Shown piece after piece: positions 9,356-15,780 of a DNA stretch of 64,000 nucleotides. Location: positions 1-64,000 of IMG/VR virus record IMGVR_UViG_3300028676_000005; one strand, 5' to 3'. Under the pieces are notes generated by a model. It was not told the origin of the DNA, ran no database searches, and was given only the letters and a program-made list of their open reading frames with translations. Each line of letters starts with the position of its first letter. Position 1 is the stretch's first letter. A program made the translations under genes and the position numbers.

Positions 9356-10372
9356 TTACAGGATCAAACCATTGGCGTTGGCATTGCTTGCTTCAACGGT
9401 GCGGCTGACGAAGGTACTGCTGGTCTGCGCTTTGCGTTTTTCCAGTTCCGCCAGTTGTTCGGTCAGCGTGGCTACGGACTCGCCGTGGTCCAGCAACATG
9501 TGCATTTGGTTTACGCCTTCTGGCAGGACAGTATTCGGAGAGAAGACACCAATCGAACGAACCACAGCGCCTTCAAAAGCAACAGTGATGTTTTCACGCT
9601 TGTCGTACAGGCTCAGGTGGGCAACAGGAGTCTTGCCTTTGAACTTGGCCGGCTCGTCATAGAACGAGATGTGCGACAGGGTTGGTGCAACCTTGTAGTT
9701 CTTGGAGTAGTCCAGAATTTCCAGCAGGTCGCTGATGTCTTGTTCTTCGTTTTCACGAGTGGCGTACAGCGAGAGGAGCGAGATCTTGTTGATCAGTGCG
9801 CGGTCAATCTGGCCGCGGGTCTTGCCTGCTTCGTTACGGAATTCCATATAAGGAATTGCGGCGTTCAGTAGGTTAGGCCCGGTTTGCAGCAGCAGGGAGT
9901 GAACGGTCTTCAGGGAGTTTTCCATTTCTACCTGGGTGGTGTGGTCAGTGATGATTGCTACGACCACGCCTTTGTAGCCTTGTTGCTTCAACCAACGCAC
10001 GGTCAACAGAGCCAGCATGGAACCAGAACCACCGGCACCGGAGCACAGAACCACAACTACGCCTTTAGGACGGTTTTGAGTCAGGGTCTGGTCAACGAAA
10101 GGAATTGCTTCCTCGTAGTTGGCGCCCATTACTTTGCCGGAGCCTTGTGCTTCTTTTTCATTTGGGGTGCCGCCCTTAGGAGCAGGTACGCGGAACAGAG
10201 GAATGTTCAGTTCTGGCTTCAGGCGATTGTTGCCGCTGGCGTCGATAGCGATGTAACTGGCATTGGTGACACTGGCGCTCAGACCGCTGGTCTTCAACAG
10301 CATTGCCATGTTGATACCGGCGCCGCCACATGCGATGAAGCTCAATTCGGAATTAACAACTTGATTAGACAT
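9356..10372 (-). CDS. phuZ: Phage tubulin PhuZ
   Basis: 338 aa. Tubulin/FtsZ GTPase motifs ACGGAGINM, GSGK and CSGAGGSGS. Size and location match phiKZ gp39. Confidence 0.92.
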   Translation of the reverse strand: MSNQVVNSELSFIACGGAGINMAMLLKTSGLSASVTNASYIAIDASGNNRLKPELNIPLFRVPAPKGGTPNEKEAQGSGKVMGANYEEAIPFVDQTLTQNRPKGVVVVLCSGAGGSGSMLALLTVRWLKQQGYKGVVVAIITDHTTQVEMENSLKTVHSLLLQTGPNLLNAAIPYMEFRNEAGKTRGQIDRALINKISLLSLYATRENEEQDISDLLEILDYSKNYKVAPTLSHISFYDEPAKFKGKTPVAHLSLYDKRENITVAFEGAVVRSIGVFSPNTVLPEGVNQMHMLLDHGESVATLTEQLAELEKRKAQTSSTFVSRTVEASNANANGLIL

Positions 10373-10439
10373 GTGCCACTCTCTTCTACTGGGTTAAAAA
10401 AATCTTTAGAGAACTATTCTCTACTGTTATTACAAAGTA

Positions 10440-10448
10440 GTAATATAG
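10440..10448 (-). promoter_or_regulatory. Early promoter motif CTATATTAC upstream of phuZ
   Basis: Exact 9-mer repeated at four intergenic sites, all on the minus strand ahead of genes; contains the phiKZ early TATTAC core. Confidence 0.7.
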
Positions 10449-10496
10449 AGCCAAAAAGTTTTTGACTCCTATAATTAGTTGATACAGTTAAAATGC

Positions 10497-10543
10497 AAAA
10501 AAAAGCCTCGTTCTCAGAACCCGATTAAAGGTCTGAGACGAGG
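10497..10543 (-). terminator. Rho-independent terminator closing the RNA island
   Basis: CCTCGTCTCAGA...TCTGAGAACGAGG hairpin followed by T8 on the minus strand. Confidence 0.75.
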
Positions 10544-10544
10544 G

Positions 10545-10860
10545 TGGAGTATCAAACGGTTACAAACTCTTGTACTTAAACAAGAGGCAGGAATATAAAC
10601 ACCAGGCCTTTCGTTATGTGCCAGTATATTCGCGGTTCGCAATACCGGTGGTTCACAAAAGGTCTGGCGGGAAGTTTTCATTGGTCTTTTTACATCGACC
10701 AGCAACCAACAAGCCTTGGGAGGTACCCGTTGGTTGGCTACAAAGGACTTCCTAACCTCTACAGCAAGCGACAAACACCAGGCGAAAAGAGACGTCCAAC
10801 TGACATCTCCGCAAACAGTGAAGGATGGCACTGTTTACTTACACGGCCGCTAGACCATGT
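10545..10860 (-). ncRNA. Putative structured non-coding RNA domain (hairpin series)
   Basis: Consecutive hairpins on the minus strand: GTAAACAGTG/CACTGTTTGC, GAGATGTC/GACGTCTC, GTAGCCAAC/GTTGGTTGC, CTCTTGT/ACAAGAG. No credible ORF. Confidence 0.45.
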
Positions 10861-10956
10861 TGGGTGGAAGACTGGATGGATTCGAACCACCGACCAGCGA
10901 GGAGGGTAAATGATACCCGAGGACTCCCCGTTCTAACCAACTGAACTACAGTCTTC
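10861..10956 (-). ncRNA. tRNA-like RNA A with extended anticodon arm (22-nt 'loop' folding into GGGTA/TACCC with a TCATT tip)
   Basis: Acceptor AAGACTG/CAGTCTT plus G-1:C73. D arm GTTC-AGTTGGTTA-GAAC. T arm GGTGG-TTCGAAT-CCATC. 15 extra nt in the anticodon arm. 3' end CCACCCA. Confidence 0.75.
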
Positions 10957-10961
10957 ACATT

Positions 10962-11050
10962 TGGGGGAAAGGGCAGGACTTGAACCTACGACCTCCGAAC
11001 AAAGGCATGACCATTCGCACGGTGCTCTAACCAACTGAGCTACAGTTCCC
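10962..11050 (-). ncRNA. tRNA-like RNA B with extended anticodon arm (18-nt 'loop', TCATG tip)
   Basis: Acceptor GGAACTG/CCTTTCC (2 mismatches) plus G-1:C73 and encoded CCA. D arm GCTC-AGTTGGTTA-GAGC. T arm GTAGG-TTCAAGT-CCTGC. 11 extra nt in the anticodon arm. Confidence 0.75.
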
Positions 11051-11206
11051 ATAAATCTTGACTCGTTTACATGTGATTGGTTGTCACACGCATACTTTCT
11101 GAGGGCACGAGGCACCACCCATTTGGCGAACACACCAGTAACCCACCACAGGCCCCAACATGTCGTTTATCAGAAAGTTTCATCACCCATTGCTAGGTAA
11201 AGAAAA

Positions 11207-11282
11207 TGGCTCCGCGACCTGGACTCGAACCAGGGACCAACAGATTAACAGTCTGCTGCTCTACCAACTGAGCTATCGCGGA
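11207..11282 (-). tRNA. trnN: tRNA-Asn (GTT)
   Basis: Canonical 76-nt cloverleaf, loop CT-GTT-AA, perfect acceptor stem, G73-CCA. Confidence 0.97.
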
Positions 11283-11414
11283 ATGTAGCAGAAATCATTA
11301 GACATGTCTTAGGACTTTTACCCCACGTTTTTATCAAGGGCCGACTGCCTAGGCGCCCTGCGTGTTTTCTTTCTTTACCAGATTACCTTGATCACGGGGT
11401 CTGATAAAACAATG

Positions 11415-11490
11415 TGGCGGCGTAGCCAGGAGTCGAACCTGGAACCTTCGGTTTTGGAGACCGATGCTCTGCCAGTTGAGCTACTAGGCC
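11415..11490 (-). tRNA. trnW: tRNA-Trp (CCA)
   Basis: 76-nt cloverleaf, loop CT-CCA-AA, G73-CCA, C4.C69 mismatch. Confidence 0.95.
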
Positions 11491-11502
11491 TAATCTAAAT
11501 CT

Positions 11503-11586
11503 TGGGCGTCATTGGGTTCTTACCACGGGCCTTCAGCGGTGACCGACGACCAGGTCACACCCACGTTCTTCAGCCGAAGCAACGAC
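11503..11586 (-). ncRNA. ~80-nt stem-loop RNA with an acceptor-like terminus
   Basis: Closing stem GTCGTTG/CAATGAC followed by G-CCCA. Inner stems CTTCGGC/GCTGAAG and GTGACC/GGTCAC. G.U pairs form only on the minus strand. Confidence 0.5.
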
Positions 11587-11595
11587 TAAATCTTG

Positions 11596-11895
11596 AAATT
11601 GAATCCGTTAGCTATTATCAGGGTAGGAGACTGCCCGGTTACCAAGCCTGATAATAACTGAGTCACCTAGTCACGGAAAACAACGTAGGTAACTGCCAGG
11701 ACACCCCTGGCTGGTGTAACAGAGTTAATCCCCCGACTCCCATCTGTTACTTAACACGAACCACCAGCGTCATGGGTCAGTGTTAACATTTGAATTCAGG
11801 TAGGTCTACAGACTTTTACTGTACGTCATGAGTAACAGACCGGCCTCCAGATCTGTAACGGTTTTCTTCAGGGCGCAGGGCAGCGGCTAGAATAA
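11596..11895 (-). ncRNA. Putative structured ncRNA domain (large-loop hairpin series)
   Basis: Hairpins at 11611-11658, 11716-11750, ~11751-11796 and 11832-11859. No ORF. Confidence 0.5.
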
Positions 11896-12016
11896 GGTAG
11901 AGAGTGTGGGATTCGAACCCACGGGAGCAAGCTCACAGCCGGTTTCAAAGCCACCGCGCGGAAGACCGTACCGCAACTAATCCACCAGCCTCCTTCAACC
12001 ACTCGGACAACTCTCC
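11896..12016 (-). tRNA. tRNA-Ser(TGA)-like gene with a 35-nt insertion at position 31/32 or 32/33; no encoded CCA
   Basis: Acceptor GGAGAGT/ACTCTCT, Ser-type D arm TCCGAGTGGTTGAAGGA, anticodon stem GCTGG/CCGGC, long variable arm and T arm GTGGG-TTCGAAT-CCCAC. The 42-nt loop ends TTTGAAA. Confidence 0.7.
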
Positions 12017-12370
12017 AGAAACAAGATCCGTTCGCCATGACTGCAAGAAGGCGGATAACCGTCTACCAGCAATATGTTCTTACTTTCCCGTAGCCACGGA
12101 TAACAGCGGACCGAATACCCTGGAACAACATGAATGGGTACTGGATCAGCACGGGAAAGACCTCATGCGAGGTGGGTCGTCAAGGCTACTCTAGGAGTGC
12201 GTCGACTATCGAGCCAGCGACCAGGCCGGCTAATGAACGGGTCATCCCCGTTTATCCAGTTACAGGTGCCGTGAATGGGGACCTGTAACCAAATTTGTAT
12301 TAGAGTAGGGACATTATCCTTAGTCTCTTCGAAGGGCCCTCCGCAGATTGCACCCAAGACTGTATACTAA
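12017..12370 (-). ncRNA. Putative structured ncRNA domain
   Basis: Stems GTTACAGGT/ACCTGTAAC, AACGGG/CCCGTT, AGCCGGC/GCTGGCT, ACCTC/GAGGT and long-range CTTTCCCGT/ACGGGAAAG. Confidence 0.5.
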
Positions 12371-12378
12371 CCACCCAA

Positions 12379-12432
12379 TGTGTCGTGAGGGACTCGAACC
12401 CTACATGCCGCTATGGCGACAGAACCCAACCT
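12379..12432 (-). pseudogene. 3' half of a class II (Leu-like) tRNA
   Basis: Variable arm TGTCGC-CATA-GCGGCA, T arm AGGG-TTCGAGT-CCCT and acceptor 3' strand ACGACAC. No matching D arm or 5' acceptor strand upstream. Confidence 0.55.
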
Positions 12433-12484
12433 ACGCATTGATGATCTGACTTACCTGCCCGAGGAGACTAAGGTAAATCAAATA

Positions 12485-12561
12485 TGGCGCAACCAAGGGG
12501 ACTCGAACCCCTGACCACCCGCGTGACAGGCGGGTATTCTAACCAACTGAACTATGGGTGC
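12485..12561 (-). tRNA. trnD: tRNA-Asp (GTC)
   Basis: 77-nt cloverleaf, loop CT-GTC-AC, G73-CCA, C4.T69 mismatch. Confidence 0.96.
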
Positions 12562-12574
12562 TTTGTATAACATA
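12561..12574 (-). promoter_or_regulatory. Late-type promoter/leader TATGTTATACAAAG (copy 1, ending at G1 of tRNA-Asp)
   Basis: Exact 14-bp repeat of 13119-13132. Begins with TATG, the phiKZ nvRNAP late promoter core. Confidence 0.6.
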
Positions 12575-13119
12575 GTAAATCGGGACGAAGTCGATATGAG
12601 TTCTACTCTCATACTCTCTACAAGTGATCGAAGTCACTAGCAGTCTGGATCGCCCTTCATCATCGGCTTTTCATCCTTAAGCGCAGTAAACCCTGACGAC
12701 CGTTAGGCTAGAGGGAACCCACATTGCCCAGGTTTATCCAGATACCATGGAACCCATGGATTCTTTTTCAACACCGTCATATAACAGTGTCGAGTAATAA
12801 GTTAAGGAGAGGTCGCAGACGTGAACCACGGTCCTCTCCTGACCTTGAGACTATGATAAGGGCGGCGCCGCCGATATCACGTAACAAGCCGCCTCACTTT
12901 GTCAGTAGCCAGCCCGCGTGCTTTGCCGCAGAAGCGGCTCCCGCGAAACTGGTCTGTAGTAGACTTAGTGTGACTAAGAGTCTTGACGGGACTCCCATAG
13001 GGTTTTGATAAGAGCGCCTGTCACAGCTAACCCCGACCATCATAATTCATCCGGCACCACCCTTAAGGCTCCGAACAGTTTCCCCAAAGGGAAATTCCGC
13101 GAGATCATTTACTGGTCTC
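12575..13119 (-). ncRNA. Putative ~545-nt structured non-coding RNA
   Basis: No credible ORF. At least eight hairpins. Starts after the same 14-nt promoter/leader as tRNA-Asp. Confidence 0.55.
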
Positions 13120-13132
13120 TTTGTATAACATA
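13119..13132 (-). promoter_or_regulatory. Late-type promoter/leader TATGTTATACAAAG (copy 2)
   Basis: Exact repeat of 12561-12574 at the 5' edge of the RNA island. Confidence 0.6.
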
Positions 13133-13139
13133 ACAACTC

Positions 13140-14900
13140 TCAGTTTTCTTCTACCAGCGCAAACACAAATTCACCTTCTGATTGATGCACATTCCAGACA
13201 GTTTGCGTTTTAGGTGGGTAGACGTCAGTCTTGCCGAGTGGAGTAACCATTGCGGGAAACTCCATCATGTGCTGCGCGGTAGATATCTTGACCGTGTCAG
13301 TATAAGAACCAGCACCACAAGTAGTCGTAACTCGCACATCGGCTCTGAGAAGCCCTTTAACGTGATCTATTACAAATGCTTTGAACTTATCAAGCCCTTC
13401 TTCAGTAAGGTTGTTTGCAATACCTACAGGGATGTTATCAAGCTTGTCAAGCAAAACTTGTTTCATTTGATCGGTATTGGGGGTTGCTGTTAATACTGCT
13501 TTCGAATCTGCATCAACTTCATCAAAAACAATTTTACCACCGTCGAGAGCATAGACCTTAAAATAGGTCTTGCTTGCTGCTGGCTTAAGTTCTCCGCCAA
13601 GGATGGCCACGTGTGTAGGTGGCAATTCAACAACGCGGTGTGCTGTGTCGAGAGTAACCTGAACGAGATACCCGTTAACATCCGGGGTTACTTTAACAAG
13701 TATGTTTCCCTCAAATGGTTTATAGATCGTGTCGCCAATAGCATTTGTAAGTATTACAAGAGAACTCTTACTCAGCGTGGCGGTTATTTCACTAGGGATA
13801 TCAATTTTGTAATGAGGTTTTTCAATTTCCTCAACACCAGCCAATTGAACTCCGGTGCTTACTGACAACGAGGGTCCTTTCAAAGCATCAACAATGCCTG
13901 AAACAGACGTTTGCGCCGCACTAAGGGTTTCCATAAATTGAGGATGTGCCTCGTAAAAACGTTTACGAGCTAAGGCTGTTTGGTAATAGTCACTCTGTGC
14001 CGTATTATCCAGAGAAAGTTTAGTGAGGATCACAGCGCCCTTATCGCGGTAAACTCCGAAAACACTGTAATCACCCATACCAATATAGGCTTTAAGATCG
14101 GCAGGCAAAAAGTCTTTTGGTGTCATTGTTTTGCCAGGGTAATATGCCGTGCAGCTATATTTGTCATTATCAGCCGCCACTACCAAAACACTGGACAACA
14201 AATTACTAACAATCTCTGGGGTATGGACAATAACAAATGTAACATCTGGGTCATCTGTTAACTGTTTTTCACAAGCTTCTAAAGACTCGGGCGATAATAC
14301 TTCTTCTATTGCGCCGAGGGCTTCCTTGGAATTAAGAAACCAAGGTTTGCCTACTTCAGTTACCGTAATGGTCTTTGACTCAGGATTGTACTTTTCTGCG
14401 TTCTCTTTAAGCAGTGTAAGAAAGACATAAGAAACCAGCTTGGTCTTACGCAATTGTTCAATAATCTCGTCACTGGCATAAACACCATACTCACGCACTA
14501 GCGATGGAGCGATGCAGTAGAACGGGTAGAAGTCCAGTCCGATAAAAGCACCAAACTCAGCACCACGATGCTGCTCTTCCATTTTTTCTGGTTTGAAAAT
14601 GGGAGTACCTGCGATTACGTCTACCGTTTTCTCGGCATAGGTAATCGGTTTGATTGGCTCGGGTGTCCCAACCTTGGTCAGGGCCTTATAATCGATCTTC
14701 GAGATGGTATCACCCTTCTCGTTCATGATCCACGCATCATTGGCGATGATGTGTTTAGAGGGTGGGTTGCTAACCGTAAGTACGGGAACGCCACCCAAGT
14801 CTGGATCAGAGGCAATCACTTGGATGTTGACGGGATCTACCGCAGTGAGGAGCCGGAAGCTTACACCGTCTTTCAAGAGCATCTTTACATGTACAGTCAT
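13140..14900 (-). CDS. Hypothetical protein; N-terminal domain belongs to the local paralog family
   Basis: 586-aa ORF with AGGA RBS. Confidence 0.8.
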   Translation of the reverse strand: MTVHVKMLLKDGVSFRLLTAVDPVNIQVIASDPDLGGVPVLTVSNPPSKHIIANDAWIMNEKGDTISKIDYKALTKVGTPEPIKPITYAEKTVDVIAGTPIFKPEKMEEQHRGAEFGAFIGLDFYPFYCIAPSLVREYGVYASDEIIEQLRKTKLVSYVFLTLLKENAEKYNPESKTITVTEVGKPWFLNSKEALGAIEEVLSPESLEACEKQLTDDPDVTFVIVHTPEIVSNLLSSVLVVAADNDKYSCTAYYPGKTMTPKDFLPADLKAYIGMGDYSVFGVYRDKGAVILTKLSLDNTAQSDYYQTALARKRFYEAHPQFMETLSAAQTSVSGIVDALKGPSLSVSTGVQLAGVEEIEKPHYKIDIPSEITATLSKSSLVILTNAIGDTIYKPFEGNILVKVTPDVNGYLVQVTLDTAHRVVELPPTHVAILGGELKPAASKTYFKVYALDGGKIVFDEVDADSKAVLTATPNTDQMKQVLLDKLDNIPVGIANNLTEEGLDKFKAFVIDHVKGLLRADVRVTTTCGAGSYTDTVKISTAQHMMEFPAMVTPLGKTDVYPPKTQTVWNVHQSEGEFVFALVEEN

Positions 14901-15007
14901 GATAATGTTTCCTGTTTTATCGAGTGAGTACTGCTAGGGAGTTGTATTACGTTCTACGATTACTGCTAAGACCCGAGCCGCCCCAGGTCTTAGTATTGCA
15001 ACTACAG

Positions 15008-15256
15008 TTATTTTATCCTTAAGGCGTGCAACTCTTCTTTTGTTGCTTCATAGATCACGTTGCCACGGTCATCAAGAACTTTGATACCACCGTAAATAGT
15101 GTAAGATTCTTTTTGAACCCCAAACTGCGTAATGTAAACTTTTGGATCAGGTACTAATGAGCTTGGGGTGTGGATATCGAACTCTAATTCTTTTTCATCG
15201 AGTACGACAATTTTTACATTGCCGTTTGAACTCTCTAAAACTAATTTCATACTCAT
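15008..15256 (-). CDS. Hypothetical protein (paralog family)
   Basis: 82-aa ORF ending IKVLDDRGNVIYE. Confidence 0.7.
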   Translation of the reverse strand: MSMKLVLESSNGNVKIVVLDEKELEFDIHTPSSLVPDPKVYITQFGVQKESYTIYGGIKVLDDRGNVIYEATKEELHALRIK

Positions 15257-15271
15257 GATGTAACCCTTTTG

Positions 15272-15772
15272 TTAATACAGGTCTTCTGAAAAAAGAGTCC
15301 CGGGAGTTGTGCCCCGACCTTTATTGGTAATTATCTGTTTATTACGTTTTGCTATTACGTAAGCTTCTTCACGATCATGGAAAGTGCCGTACTGATCTAC
15401 GAATCCTTGCTCACAGTTCTCATCTCCAGCCCAGTTGTGAAGAAAGACCATACCACCAAAGGCCATGATGTTTTGAAACATGGCCGGGCCGCTGTGCCTT
15501 GGGGCACACAGGATAATCCCGCCATAACGGTTAGCTGCGCTAACAATGACCAACTTAACTTTGTACTTTTCCCAACGCCACCCGGTGAATCCGTCAGCAT
15601 CGTTCTTTAGGTAGTTGTTGTTGATATACTCATTGAGACGCATCTTGGCAGCAATATCAAGAATTTCTGTTAGTGTCTGGTTGTGCTTATCCACAATACT
15701 TTTAACAGATTTACTTGCAGAAGGGTACGGTTTCCCATAGACGTCTGCAACATGAGAAATGTTAGGATACAT
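15272..15772 (-). CDS. Conserved phage hypothetical protein
   Basis: 166 aa; C-terminal QGFVDQYGTFHDREEA...LFSEDLY pattern that I recall from many phage proteins of unknown function. Confidence 0.75.
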   Translation of the reverse strand: MYPNISHVADVYGKPYPSASKSVKSIVDKHNQTLTEILDIAAKMRLNEYINNNYLKNDADGFTGWRWEKYKVKLVIVSAANRYGGIILCAPRHSGPAMFQNIMAFGGMVFLHNWAGDENCEQGFVDQYGTFHDREEAYVIAKRNKQIITNKGRGTTPGTLFSEDLY

Positions 15773-15780
15773 GGCGGGCT

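Noticed and set aside
10861-11050. Calling elements A and B ordinary tRNA-Met or tRNA-His
   Set aside because: The CAU sits in a 5-nt loop on an arm longer than a normal anticodon arm, and there is no GUG anticodon despite G-1:C73.
11596-11895. CsrB/RsmZ-like sponge
   Set aside because: There are only about four GGA motifs and no repeated CAGGA(U/C)G loops.
12228-12258. CGGGGATGACCCG resembles the 3' end of a type I-E CRISPR repeat (possible RNA anti-CRISPR)
   Set aside because: It is a single partial match, the repeat's own palindrome is absent, and the sequence is explained by a local hairpin. No array exists in the window.
10514-13008. Short ORFs listed within the RNA island (10514..10831, 10616..10909, 10933..11133, 11904..12194, 12163..12357, 12724..13008)
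   Set aside because: They overlap tRNA bodies or hairpins, lack RBS and have atypical composition.
12575-13119. tmRNA, RNase P RNA or group I intron identity
   Set aside because: I found no Ala-type acceptor ends or tag ORF, no GAGGAAAGUCC, no convincing P7 R/S elements and no flanking exons. A covariance-model scan is still needed to exclude these.
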